Positions 12,708 through 25,800 of a DNA stretch of 64,000 nucleotides are shown here, piece after piece. How positions within the stretch are numbered: the first letter of the stretch is position 1; each line of letters opens with the position of its first letter. The DNA is from Takakia lepidozioides (lineage: Eukaryota; Plantae; Bryophyta): positions 17,298,001 through 17,362,000 of the forward strand of contig CM060733.1 in the NCBI GenBank assembly GCA_030704615.1, in the 5' to 3' direction. The notes beneath the pieces were generated by a model. It saw only the letters and a program-made list of their open reading frames with translations. It made no database searches and was not told where the DNA came from. The position numbers were made by a program, and so were the translations under genes.

Positions 12708-15024
12708 TGTAGTGTGAATGCAGGGGTAAAAATTCAAATTTGGCATCAGGTTTCGGCACTACTACAAAGGGAGTGCCCTTCGTGCTAATGAAGGGGAGGA
12801 ATTGTCCATAACTTGAGGTAATTCCATGGAAAAACTATGCTATTGATCTGCCAAGAACAAAATATGGCTAAGTTATGACATGCACCTTTTTCATCCCTAG
12901 GATGAATGATTTTCATCCATGATGTTGAACCCTAGAAGCAGGATGTGAAATTCGAAGGGGAAGAGTGCGTGCATCTTTTCGCAGCTGCTGCAGTGGTGTT
13001 GGCAGCACAGGATATCTGAGAAAGTTCCACCTACGCAAAGGGTATCAGCTTGCTTTAAAGAGAAACGTTAAGAGCTCCTGCTTGGCTTTCTGTGCAAGAA
13101 GAAGCGGTGCCGCCTTCTTCGTAAGCAATGATAAAACCTGAGGGATCAAGTTTGTGATAAGGGCGGTGCACCACTGCTGTCGCCATTGTCTTGATGAGCA
13201 CATTAATGAGGAGATGGAGCGGCTCAGCAGGTGTTGGGGGATGAGAAGTGCAGGCTGGTGTGTATAGCGCCTCAGGTTGTCTGTGATCAAATCTTGTAGC
13301 TGCTGTCTGTTTTAGAGCTTTAGGACCAGATCACTTTGTGAGGGAAGAGTGTAAGCATCTTTTCGCAGCTGCTGCAGTGGTGTTGGCAGTACAGCATATC
13401 TTAGGAAGTTCCACCTACGCAAAGGGAATCAGCTTGCCTTAAAGAGCGACGTTAAGGGATCTGGCTTGGCATTCTGTGCAAGAGGAAGCGGTGCCGCCTT
13501 CTGGTGTGTATGGCGCTTAAGCTATCTATAATTAAGTTTTGTATCTGCTCTCTGTCTTAAGGGCTGTAGGACCAGATCACTTCATAGGGAAGAAATGCAC
13601 ATGTAGAAGGATAGGGTAGAGGTTGGCAGGCACAAGGATGTGCCAGCAGCTGAAGCAGAGCCGTCATGCCTTAATGAGGACTGGAATCACGATAAGAAGA
13701 AATGTCGGAAATGGCTGACGAGGGAGATGACAAGGTGCCTTCTTGACAGGCAGACCCACCGCTTCAATGAGTATAAGACAGATAAGTTCGAAGAGTGTTG
13801 GCTTCCTTTTTTTGGCACTTAGGAATGACTGTGTGAAGTTTTTGGAACTGTCTCTTGTTTCTATAGAAAGGGACAGAAATGTGAGGAGTGGAGAGCTTTT
13901 GGAGAATGGAATGAAGGCACTGGAATTCAAACCAGGATGATGTGGAGATGGATGCACCTGTTGTTTCATTGTCATTAGGAAAATGAGAGGGGACAGGGAT
14001 ATCTCATCTCAGGGTTAGGATGGTTGCTATTGTTGTGTTCTTTTTCCTTATTTTTTGTGTCTTCAGCCAGCAAAACAAGGCGGCCCTGGATGCTAGAACC
14101 TTGAGAAGGGATGATGTGGATGGGAAGGAAGGTCAATACTGTTTTGGGGTGTGGATCTGATTTGTAGAGGTGTTCCAAACATATGAATGACTGAAGTTCG
14201 CAGTTGAGGAGAAAAAGAGAGCTGACAGGGGGTGTGATTTGAGTTCTGTAGAAGGGTTGTGAAGCACCTTGGCCAAATACATCCACTGAGAGAAGGGCAG
14301 AGCAAGGATCAGTCATTGGAGAGAGAGAGAGAGAGAAGGACGGAAGGGCAGATCATATCTCGTGTGACAGAGGTTGACTTCAATGATGGAAGCACTGGAT
14401 GCCTGGCTGGATGTGCATTGCATTGCATTGTAGACGTGTTGTTGTGGAAAAGTGAGGGAATCACACACAAAGGAGAAAAAGATAGTGAGAGAAAGAAAAA
14501 GTGAAAGAGGGAGAAAGGGTGATGAGAGATGGATAAAAAGGAGAGGTAAGGTCAAGAAGACATGAACCCTGAATGGTCAAACTAGTGGGCCTGCAGTCCA
14601 TGGCAGATCTGAGTTGCCCATCCACCTAGACCGAGCTCTCATTACAAACTGAAAGGGGCTTCCGACGTGTTGCTGACTAAGGGAACTGCCCACTAGGGCA
14701 GTGTTTCATCACTGACATAGGGCTGATTGCATCGCTGAATACATCATGGCAGCAGGGCTGGTGCTGTATCTGCAAGTAGAGGATGTCGAGTAAAAGGTGA
14801 AACCAAGAGTGAACGTACAACATTTGGCTCCCCATCCATGTCTTCTCTTCCGCTGCGGCGTGGATGAGGATTGCTTGAACTCTGATCACGAAGGAGCTGA
14901 GGGAAACCCACAGCCAAGTGACGACAGTTGGACAGACTAGAACAACGTTTCTTTCTTTTGCTCCGCTTAGAATGGAGGGGAGCACAATTAGAATTATACA
15001 GAAGGGGATTCACGCCCCTTCTTT
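12708..15024 (+). repeat. 5' LTR of element B (about 2.3 kb, with internal tandem duplication)
   Basis: Starts TGTAGTGTGA and ends at the PBS. About 160-bp diverged duplicates at about 12958-13120 and 13342-13502. Confidence 0.85.
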
Positions 15025-15036
15025 TGGTATCAGAGC
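15025..15036 (+). promoter_or_regulatory. Primer-binding site complementary to initiator tRNA-Met
   Basis: TGGTATCAGAGC directly after the 5' LTR. Confidence 0.92.
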
Positions 15037-15093
15037 TGATGTTAAATCTTGGTTTCTACTAGCTAGGGATCTTTGACTGGTATTGATGGTTTG

Positions 15094-15405
15094 ATGGCAG
15101 GAAGAGACCACACACTGATTCCTGATGAACCAAGCATTGGAGATGTGCTGATTTGCTTCAGCAGACGTACACCAAATGCACACGCAGACCCTTGTTTGTA
15201 CTTCTTCAACCCTGCTTGGAGAATAGCGAATGGTGATTTATGTCTTAGAGTGATACATACTGGTGGAAGAACAACCATAGCACTTTGGATAAGAGAGTTA
15301 GGAAGGTGGGTGAAGATAAATACCATGGCACGAGAGGTGACATGGGGAGGGAGAGTAGAGATGTTGCGAAATGGACAGTGGGAGTGGTATAGAGGTCAAC
15401 ATTAA
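15094..15405 (+). CDS. Extra 103-aa ORF in the leader of element B, function unknown
   Basis: Open ATG-to-TAA frame between the PBS and gag. Trp-rich, ordinary-complexity sequence. Confidence 0.4.
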   Translation: MAGRDHTLIPDEPSIGDVLICFSRRTPNAHADPCLYFFNPAWRIANGDLCLRVIHTGGRTTIALWIRELGRWVKINTMAREVTWGGRVEMLRNGQWEWYRGQH

Positions 15406-15476
15406 GGGAGTTGCAGGAAAATTAGAGTCAGAATTAGGTGTTGAAACAGTTTGAACTTTGACTAGAGAATAGAAGG

Positions 15477-18460
15477 ATGACCAGTCCAACCAGCATAGAT
15501 GCGCCTTATCATGGTAGGAATAGTGAGGATGTAAATGCCTGGCTGGAGAGAATTCAGATGGAGGCAGATGTCAGGGATTTGAATGAGGACAAAACTTTCA
15601 AGGTAGCAAGGCTCAACCTGAGAGCCAAGGCTGATGAATGGTACCGTAAACAAAACCCTAGACCAAACAACTGGGTGGACTTCAGGGCAGCAATTTCAGC
15701 CAAGTTTGGTATCGTTGACTTGGCAGAAATCAGGCTAAGAATGGATACCATTAAACAGGAGAGTAGACAAAGGGTTCAAACATACTTCGATAGGTTGAAC
15801 CGGTTATTTATAAGAAGTGGGGCGTCTGATTTGGAACAGAGGCATAGATTTGCAGTAGGTTTGAGACCAGAAATAGCAAGAGTAATGCTGGGCAGGCACT
15901 TCCTTGATGTAGAGGAAGCACTTGACACAGCCATTGAGATTGAAAGGGGCCTGGGAAAGTTAGGGGAAATACCTCTAGAGCCATTGGAAGGAGATGATAC
16001 AGATGAGTCAGTTGTGTTTGTTAACCCTGTGGACAGAAGACTTGATCAGCTGAACACTACCCTACAGAAGTACTTTGATAGGGGACCAGTCATAGGAGAA
16101 AGCTCGGGATCTAGAACACCACCTCGTGTTCGCCTTTGTAATGTTTGTCACAAAGAAGGTCACATAGCTGCATATTGTCCTGAAGGAAGAACCCCAGCTA
16201 AGTGTGACAAATGTCACCGGTTCGGGCATTCCACGGAAATGTGTGGTGTGAGATGCAACTTTTGCAAGCTACTCGGGCATACGGAGAGTGAGTGCAGTAG
16301 AAAACTCGACCAGACTATGATGGGAACTCCGGGAACTAACTTTGTAGATGTGTTCTATGATGATGAGGATGATGTACTCGCAGAACTGACAAATCTGATG
16401 TCACAAAATAGTATCAATGAAGTCAGACTTCCAAGGACACGTATCCCTGTCCAGAGTCCGATTGTTGAACCTACAGGGTCACCAGAAAGGAATAGTGAGA
16501 GCAGTGAACAGCCAAGCAGGACCAAGGGTGAAATCTACCCAAAGAACAATTTCAAGACTGCCATAGAAGGAGGTACGAAATCCAGAATCTTGAACCACTT
16601 CTACAAAGGGAGAATCTTGTTGTCTCCCATGGATCTAATCATGACTGTGCCCGGAGAGCTAGACAAATTGAAAGGGCTGGTCAAAGTGGTGGAAAGGGCA
16701 ATGGTACAACAAAGTAAGACAACTCACAGTGTAGAAGTTGTGAAGGATGTACCAAGGCCTTTGTACTCAGCACACGCTGAACCCACGATCTCGTATGCTT
16801 ATACTGGTAAGGTTAAAGCGCTTCATGTAATGATTACAATGGGAGATTACCAAGTATTAGGCCAGATTGACACTGGTGCCATGCTTTCTGTAATATCAGC
16901 TAGTACAGTCAGGGATCTTGGTTTGATGGGATCTGTCATTACTAGTAAGGATGTGAATTACAGAGTAGCCTCAGGTGCTCTTGAGACTGCAATGGGCAGA
17001 CTTGAGGACATCAAGGTCAAAGTAGGAGAACTGACCAATCGTTTGTCCTTTATGGTGGTGAACACGGATACATATCACATGCTGCTGGGATTAGACTTTC
17101 TCAAAAAGTTTGGCGCTGTAGTGGACACCGAAGCTGAAACAATTCGCGTACGCTATGGGCCAGGAAAGGATTTTGCTCACTTCCCTTTGCACACCATCAA
17201 TTATAATGAGCCTGCAGTTACCAAAACAGCCTACCATAGAGGGGTCGAGAGTAGAATGAGATATGCAAGCAGTACGTCAGCAGGTAATGTCTTAACCCTG
17301 ACGTCAGATGAACAGTACCTAGGCTTGTGGGAGAAGAAAAGAAAACCAGAGGAAGAATATGAGGACACGGAGGAAGCATCCTCAGGTTCTGACACCTCTA
17401 AATCTGATAAAGGTGAGGAGATGGGAGGCTCTGAGGAGAGTAAGGAGGTAGAAACAGCACTGAGGGATGTTGAGGAAATAATAGACGATGTCAACCTAGG
17501 GGAGGACTTGTTCGAGGACCAAGGGATGTCTGAACTCCTTCAGGAAGAGACCCATAAGAGCATGGCTGCTGCCATAATACAGGAAGCTTACCAGAAAGCT
17601 TGGAATGGTGAACTAGGGAACAACAACCTAGAAATAGAGGATGACTTCCATGATTGGAATCAGGTTGTCACACAAGAGGAAGGACAGAGAATGGCTAACT
17701 CTGTAAGCCAGGTGGAGGGAAAGAATTGGGAACCCAGTCAAGAGGAAGAAATGGAGAGTCGTTGGAGAAGTCTGAAATCCAGACTGCACATCAACCCAGA
17801 ACTGGCCCCAGAACATAGGATAGAGCTGGAGCAAGAGTTGAAAGCAAACCAGGAATGCTTTGCTCTTAGCAAGGCTGACTTGGGATACTGCAATGAGGTG
17901 GAACACACAATTGACACACAAGGTTTTCCCCCTTGCAGAAGTCGTCCCAGCCGCCTATCAGAATGGGAGGAAGACGAGGTCCAAGGACAAATTGAGACTT
18001 TGATCTCACAAGGCAAGATGAGAGAGAGTAGTTCAGAATGGTCGTGTCCAGTTACCCTTCCGCCAAAAAAGGATGGATCCAAGCGGTTTTGTGGTGATTT
18101 TAGGCCAGTAAACCGTTTAACCAGAAGGGACTCTTACCCTATGCCATTAATTCAGGATGTTTTAAACCAGTTGGGGAAAGCCAAGTGGTTTTCTGCGCTG
18201 GATTTACAATCTGGTTTTTGGCAGATCAAAATGGACGACCGAGACATAAGCAAAACAGCAGTGATCACAAAGAAGGGATTGTATGAATGGCTAGTCATGC
18301 CATTCGGGCTAAAAAATGCCACTGCTACCTTTCAGAGAACAATGAATAGGGTTCTCAAGGAAGAAATCAAAGATTGTGCTAAAGTTTTTGTAGATGACGT
18401 CAATATCCATAGCAAGGACTGGGGAGATCACGTGGGACATATAAAGAGAGTACTGAGCAA
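15477..18460 (+). CDS. Element B gag-protease-RT polyprotein (RT disrupted near 18460)
   Basis: gag core (YHGRNSEDVNAWL..ADEWY), three CCHC knuckles, protease IDTGA, RT RFCGDFR..LDLQSGFWQI..MPFGLKNA..FVDD. Confidence 0.9.
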
Positions 18461-18534
18461 GGAAATTCAATTCAATTCAATTCATTTGCAACATCGTAGC
18501 CGGTGCAATGATATGGCATCCCTTATCCCTCCAT

Positions 18535-21309
18535 TATGCTGGAGTGGCAGTACCCTTGTTCACTCTAACCAAGAAGGATGTGAAGTTTATTTGGAGTGCA
18601 TAGGCACAAAACGCCTTTTCTGCCTTACAGGTGAAGTTGGTAACTGCTCCCATCCTGGCAAGACCAGATTTCTCAAGACCGTTCGTCTTGGATGTTGACT
18701 GGTCCATCAAAGGAGTAGGGGCAGTCTTGTCACAAAAGGAGTATAAAAAGGAGAGGGTCATTGCATACGCCAGTAAGGTACTATCTGATGCTCAGCGCAA
18801 ATATCACCCTATGGAGGGTGAATGCTATGCCTTGGTATGGGGAGTATTACACTTTAGGCAGTACCTGTATGGAACCCCTTTTGTAATCAGGACTGATCAC
18901 AAACCACTGGAGTGGTTGGCAACGGTAAGTGACGCATACGGACGTAGGGGTAGATGGATCATGATGTTACAAGATTTTGAGTTTAAAATTGTTCACAGAG
19001 CGGGTGCTAGGCATGCTAACGTAGATGCACTAAGCAGGTATCCAGTGGGACCAGCTGAGGAAACCGAGGAAATCGAGGTATACTCTACTTCTCTGTACAG
19101 TCAGAAAAGAGAAGGGAGAAAGAGGGATGGAGCCTATCTTCTTAAGCTAGCTTGGGATAGGGGTGCCATCAATGCTTCGTTATTTCAATTTAAGGAGGGT
19201 AAGGAGGAGTTGAGAGAAGAAGCTCATAGGCAAGTAGGGTATAGCAGTGAAAAAGGGGAGATGATTTGCAAGAGAGAAGAGTACTATGCATGTGTATGGG
19301 GCCTTTGGCACTTCAAGAAAATACTGTTGGGAAGTCATTTTTCTTTGGAAACAGATCTAGATCCATATTGGTGGCTGTACTCAGAGCACCACATAGGCAT
19401 AGACTTACTTGGTGACTTTTCATTTGAGTTCGTTCCGGGCATAGTAAGATCTTCCACAGGTGGAATGTTGACCAAGGCTCATGGCATATTGAAGGGAGAA
19501 CTGAAACCAGGCATAATGCCAGATGGAGAAGGAAAGAGGGTGACTTTTGCTGCACAGACTTTTGCTACAAAAAAACAAGGAAAGGGTATTGATCAATCAA
19601 GCTCTGTCAATCTGGTAAGGGAGGGTATTTGGAAGGATAAGGGTGCAGGAAGGATAGAGGCTCCTGCAATCAGCAACAAGGAAAGGGAGCATCTGATGCC
19701 CTCTTGTCCCACCATCCATGTGATTACCCGAGGATCTCGTGCTCGTGATAAGGAGCTAAGCGAGGTACATCCAGCCTGTGACCTTGTGGAAGAGCGATCG
19801 AACAATGAAAGGGGAAGCTTGCAAGAGACACCATTCCTTCAACACTTGACAAGCACTCCAACAACAACAAGAACGCGGGTGACTTCCTCATCAGAATGCC
19901 CAGCCAAGGAAAACATGGGGGGTGAGTGTTCCACCAAGACGTTTTGTTCTTCAGACAGTGATGGAACAAGTGGTTCAGAACAAGACACTTCTTCTTGCAA
20001 CAAGATTGATGAAGGGGACTGGGTACCATGGACCGCACCCACCAAAGCTACTCAGATGTCATTATTACGTGAGGCTGAAAGATGGGGGAAAAGGTCTCTC
20101 ATCAGCTCTGACCATCATACAGCAGCTGTTAAGGAGGAAAGGCAACCTGATGTGCTTGATGATGTGGAAGTCATGCACCTCTTATGTTTTGGAGAAGTCA
20201 ATGACTACCTGACAAAAGAGGAGAGCAAGAGAGCCAAGAGGCGGGCAAGGCAGTACTCCTATCTCAAAGGTGAGGTCTACTTTGATGGAAGGGTAGTTCC
20301 ACCAAGAACTGACAGAGGGGCAATAATCACTGAAGTACATGAAGCCACTGGCCACTTTGGAGTCAGAAGAACACAAGAGGAGATATGCCGACGTTATTTC
20401 TGGCATGATAGAACAAAACTCATCAGGCAAGTACTCAAGGGCTGTGGTAAATGTCAGATGGCCAAACAGAACGGAGTGTTGCGCTCAGGTAGCTCAAAAC
20501 TTCACAGCATTCCAGTAGTGGATCTGTTTTTCAGAGTTGCAATTGACACGGCAGGACCATTACCTATAACCAGCAGGGGCAATCAGTACTTTCTGGTGGC
20601 AATCGATCACTTCTCAAAATGGATAGAAGCTGCACCAGTGGCAGATCATACAGCAGCCCTTGCTGCCCGCTTTCTTGAGGAAGAAGTAATTGACAGGTAT
20701 AGCTGCCCACATACGTTGCTCACTGACAATGGCACAGAGTGGGGAGGTGAGTTTGAAGATACATGCCGCGAATACGGCATAAAGAGGGAGCATAGCGCCC
20801 CCTACTGGCCTCAGTGTAACGGTATGGTGGAAAGGGTCATTAAGTCTCTCAAACAAAGCATCACCACCCTAGGAGTTGGAAACGACACTGAGCGGGATCA
20901 GAATCTCTATAAAGCCCTGTTTGGTTACAGAATGGGTGTCCATGCTTCCACTGGATTCTCACCTTTTCAGGTACTTACTGGTAGAATTCCAAGGCTGGGA
21001 ATTGACAACAGGTTGCATTTTCTTACAACACCAGTAAATTCTGATGGATCTGTAGCAGAGGTCACACTTATGATGCAGCAGAAAATCCAGCTTCTCACAG
21101 AGATGAAGGCAAAACTGCGAAAGAGTGTGAAAAAAGGGCAGCGTCAACAGGCAAGAGATTATGAAAGAAGGCATCAAGCAGGGCATACCTACTGCACGTT
21201 GATGGAGAACAGCAAGGTAATGATGTTGAGGCCTGGAAAGAGGTCTTCCATGACATCTCCATGGGAGGGACCCTATGACTTTTTGGGGTACAAGGATGAA
21301 GGAAGCACT
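18535..21309 (+). CDS. Element B RNase H - degenerate RNase H repeat - integrase (3' end deleted)
   Basis: RNase H (FVLDVDWS..GAVLSQ..IAYASK..ECYALVW..RTDHKPL), HHCC motif (HEATGH..CGKC), DDE core (AIDTAGP..TDNGTE..NGMVER) and a WEGPY motif, then a jump into LTR sequence at 21310. Confidence 0.9.
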
Positions 21310-22802
21310 TCTGCTCTCTGTCTTAAGGGCTGTAGGACCAGATCACTTCATAGGGAAGAAATGCACATGTAGAAGGATAGGGTAGAGGTTGGCAGGCACA
21401 AGGATGTGCCAGCAGCTGAAGCAGAGCCGTCATGCCTTAATGAGGACTGGAATCACGATAAGAAGAAACGTCGGAAATGGCTGACGAGGGAGATGACAAG
21501 GTGCCTTCTTGACAAGCAGACCCACCGCTTCAATGAGTATAAGACAGATAAGTTCGAAGAGTGTTGGCTTCTTTTTTTTGGCACTTAGGAATGACTGTGT
21601 GAAGTTTTTGGAACTGTCTCTTGTTTCTATAGAAAGGGACAGAAATGTGAGGAGTGGAGAGCTTTTGGAGAATGGAATGAAGGCACTGGAATTCAAACCA
21701 GGATGATGTGGAGATGGATGCACCTGTTGTTTCACTGTCATTAGGAAAATGAGAGGGGACAGGGATATCTCATCTCAGGGTTAGGATGGTTGCTATTGTT
21801 GTGTTCTTTTTCCTTATTTTTTGTGTCTTCAGCCAGCAAAACAAGGCGGCCCTGGATGCTAGAACCTTGAGAAGGGATGATGTGGATGGGAAGGAAGGTC
21901 AATACTGTTTTGGGGTGTGGATCTGATTTGTAGAGGTGTTCCAAACATATGAATGACTGAAGTTCGCAGTTGAGGAGAAAAAGAGAGCTGACAGGGGGTG
22001 TGATTTGAGTTCTGTAGAAGGGTTGTGAAGCACCTTGGCCAAATACATCCACTGAGAGAAGGGCAGAGCAAGGATCAGTCATTGGAGAGAGAGAGAGAGA
22101 GAGAAGGACGGAAGGGCAGATCATATCTCGTGTGACAGAGGTTGACTTCAATGATGGAAGCACTGGATGCCTGGCTGGATGTGCATTGCATTGCATTGTA
22201 GACGTGTTGTTGTGGAAAAGTGAGGGAATCACACACAAAGGAGAAAAAGATAGTGAGAGAAAGAAAAAGTGAAAGAGGGAGAAAGGGTGATGAGAGATGG
22301 ATAAAAAGGAGAGGTAAGGTCAAGAAGACATGAACCCTGAATGGTCAAACTAGTGGGCCTGCAGTCCATGGCAGATCTGAGTTGCCCATCCACCTAGACC
22401 GAGCTCTCATTACAAACTGAAAGGGGCTTCCGACGTGTTGCTGACTAAGGGAACTGCCCACTAGGGCAGTGTTTCATCACTGACATAGGGCTGATTGCAT
22501 CGCTGAATACATCATGGCAGCAGGGCTGGTGCTGTATCTGTAGGTAGAGGATGTTGAGTAAAAGGTGAAACCAAGAGTGAACGTACAACATTTGGCTCCC
22601 CATCCATGTCTTCTCTTCCGCTGCGGCGTGGATGAGGATTGCTTGAACTCTGATCACGAAGGAGCTGAGGGAAACCCACAGCCAAGTGACGACAGTTGGA
22701 CAGACTAGAACAACGTTTCTTTCTTTTGCTCCGCTTAGAATGGAGGGGAGCACAATTAGAATTATACAGAAGGGGATTCACGCCCCTTCTTTTCACACTA
22801 CA
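21310..22802 (+). repeat. 3' LTR of element B (first about 830 bp and PPT deleted)
   Basis: Matches 13544-15024 and ends ...TTTTCACACTACA followed by the TSD. Confidence 0.92.
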
Positions 22803-25800
22803 ATAGCATTGCTATCCATCAAGCGAGTAGAGTTTGAAAGCTGGGAGGAAAGGAAGGTGAATGTTTATACTCATTCTGAAACAGAAGATGAAGAAGGAGG
22901 AGAGGATGTGGCAGAGCCAACGGAGAGTTCAAACTCTCCAACACCATTACAATTGAGTTACATGAGTGAAGAAGAAGAAACCCAAGGGCAGAACTTGGAA
23001 GATGAAAACAGAGAGAAGAAATTGGAAGATGAAGAGTATGAAGAAGTAGACCCAACAGCTGAGGTTGAGACTACAACCAGGACATCCCAACCCGTTGAAC
23101 CTGGATCAAGTGGAGCACTTGGATCACATGCCAACAAAGGTGTCGGCTCAGGGGGATCACGCGGGCGGCCTGGATCTGGCTTTGGGGGGACAGGGAGTGT
23201 GGGAAGTAGTGCAACTGGAGTTGGGAATACTATGAATATAGTGAGGCTAGTAGCACGGAGTGCTCAGGGGCCAGCACTTGGTGGAAGTTCCACCACAACT
23301 ACCACAGGTCCTCAAGGACCAGCACCAGCAAGGGGGCCAACACCTGTCAGTGGGCAGGGGGTAGGGCCACAGATGGCGTTACAACCAACACGGGCAAAAC
23401 CAGCTTTTCCAATATATTCAGGAAAAAAGGATCCTGATGTACACATTAGCCAATTTGAGCACATGTGTATAGTGAACAATGAGAATGGCGATGATGCCAA
23501 GATGAGACTATTTCCTTGTTCACTTATAAAGAAAGCAAGTGAATGGTATGCAAGATTCCCTGATAATCATTTCCTAACCTGGAATGGCTTGAATACAACA
23601 TTCCGAAATAGGTTCATGACAAGTAAAACTGAGGATGAAGTGTATGGAAGTTTACAACAGTTAAAGCAAAAGAAGCATGAAACTGTTGAGGAGTATATGG
23701 AAAAGATGGAATTGATGATGAAAAAGCTGGCTGCTGTACCAGCACTAGGTTTACAGAAGACTTGGTTTGTGAGTGGACTAAGACCAGAGTTGCAAAAGAA
23801 AGTGGATATGTTACCCCATAATACAATGGAGGAGGCATTTGAAACAGCGAACAAAATTGAGCAATTGGGAATTCTCAGGAGAGAGAAAAGGGATGATGAG
23901 GACTCTGAGGATGAGGAAGATGAGGAAGAAGAGCAAGAGCTTAAGAGGAAGAGTAAGAGGAAGGAAAAGTTGAAGAGGGATAAATATGAGAAAAGATTAG
24001 AAGAAATCTTGAAGAAGTATGCCACAGAGGCTACAACACATTGGAGGAAGGGTGTTTGGTGTGCAAAATGCTAGAATGAAGGCCATACCACCACTGAATG
24101 CCACATAAAAGAGAAACACTGTACTATCTGTAAAATGGATAACCATTCTACTGAGAATTGTTACTACAACAGAAGGACAGCTACAAGAGAACCTAGGCAA
24201 GTAAGGGTGCATCAAGTACAGCCCCAGCCAAGAAGAAACAGTGATCAGGACCACTATGGTAGGCCTGGTGGTTATAACAATGGCATGGAAAGGAGAGGTA
24301 ATCCAAGAGGGAATTACCAAGGAAATTCCAGAGGCAACTATCAGGGTAATCCAAGGGGGAATTACCAGCCAGGGAATCAGGATTACAGAAACAATCCCAA
24401 AACAGACCAAGGGCGAGGATCTAATGGGGAAGAACTGTGTTACTATTGTAATCAGGCAGGACATCGCAAGGTAGCCTGTCCATTCTGGATCAGACACCAT
24501 AATGAGATGAGAGCTCCTGTGACTGAGGGGCCAGTGGTGGCAGCTCACATGGTTAGGCCATGTGTTGCTAGAAGTAAGTACAATGATAGTAACCAGAAGC
24601 AAAGTTAAATTAATACCTCCAGTAGATGAGGAAGGTGATGATAATGAAGATGACAATGATATGCTTGAAGATGATGAGGCTTGGAGAGATGAGAAGGAAC
24701 TGCATAAGGAAGTGGCAGATACCATAAGGGAAATGCAGAAGAGTACTCATATTCCTATGGCAGATTCCTCTGATTCTGAAAGAGAAGAGGCAGTGAGTGA
24801 GGATGAAGGGAAGAAAGAAGCTGCAGAAATGCAGAGTAATGAAGGGACTTTGGCTGAAGTAATATGCCAGTCCAAAGTAGAGATTACCATTGGACAACTA
24901 TTGGCTGTGGCATCTTATTGTAGGCACAGGCTGTATCAAGCAATCAATCAGATTGCCCAAGTGACAAGGAACACAGACCTGAACAGCAAGGTGACCAGTT
25001 ATAATGTGAAGCCGGAAGGGCGAGAAACAGTCATGGACTTTGATGATTCTATGCTAGTAATCCAATTGAGAATTGGAAGCACAGAATTAACTGATGTACT
25101 GATAGATGGAGGCTCTGGAGTGAATATCATGACAAACCAATTAAGGCAGAAGCTTGGTCTAAGTAACATGAAACCAGCCCTATTTACAGTAACAATGGCA
25201 GATCAAAGAAGTGTTTAGCCATTGGGATTGATAAGATGATTTAAGATACATATTCAAAAGATGATCTTTAAGATCACAGTATGTGTTGAAAATGGATGAA
25301 GTCATGGAAGCTTACTCCTTATTGCTGGGTCGACCGTGGCTGAAACAGGCCAGGGTATTCCATGACTGGAATTCCCAGTTACTAACTGTGCATGATGGGA
25401 TGCACAAGATACAAATCACCACTAAGAAATCTAGTAGACTACCTGCTACGAGAAGACCTCGAGGGGTCAGGGAGTATGACTGGAGGGGAGGACTTGATGA
25501 GGAGCAGGAAGCTACCCTGTTCGCTGTACACCCAGAGTGGGAGCAGGTTGCAGAGATGCAACTGGAAGGCCTAAGTTGTTTGAAAGGTATCTACTGTGGT
25601 GTAGTGACAGCAACACCAATTGAGGGTGAAACAAGCAGTTATCCACCATATTTCTATGAAGAAAGAGAGGGAGAAATGGAAATCCTAGAGGAACCAGCCA
25701 CTGTGAGTTTACAGGATGAAGTGGTGACTGGTTGGGCAATCACAGCTGATGAGCAGGTGAGAGAAGTGAATGTGGGAACTGAAGAGGAACCGAGGATGGT

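Larger units (their letters stand above)
12708..22802 (+). mobile_element. Young Ty3/gypsy LTR retrotransposon (element B), about 10.1 kb
   Basis: Terminal inverted ends TGTAGTGTGAA...TTCACACTACA. 4-bp TSD ATAG (12704-12707, 22803-22806). PBS at 15025. gag-pol inside. LTR segments 13544-15024 and 21310-22793 differ at fewer than about 10 positions. Confidence 0.93.

Noticed and set aside
13640-15013. Duplicated small ORFs (also 21406-22796)
   Set aside because: They recur only because they lie in the two LTR copies.
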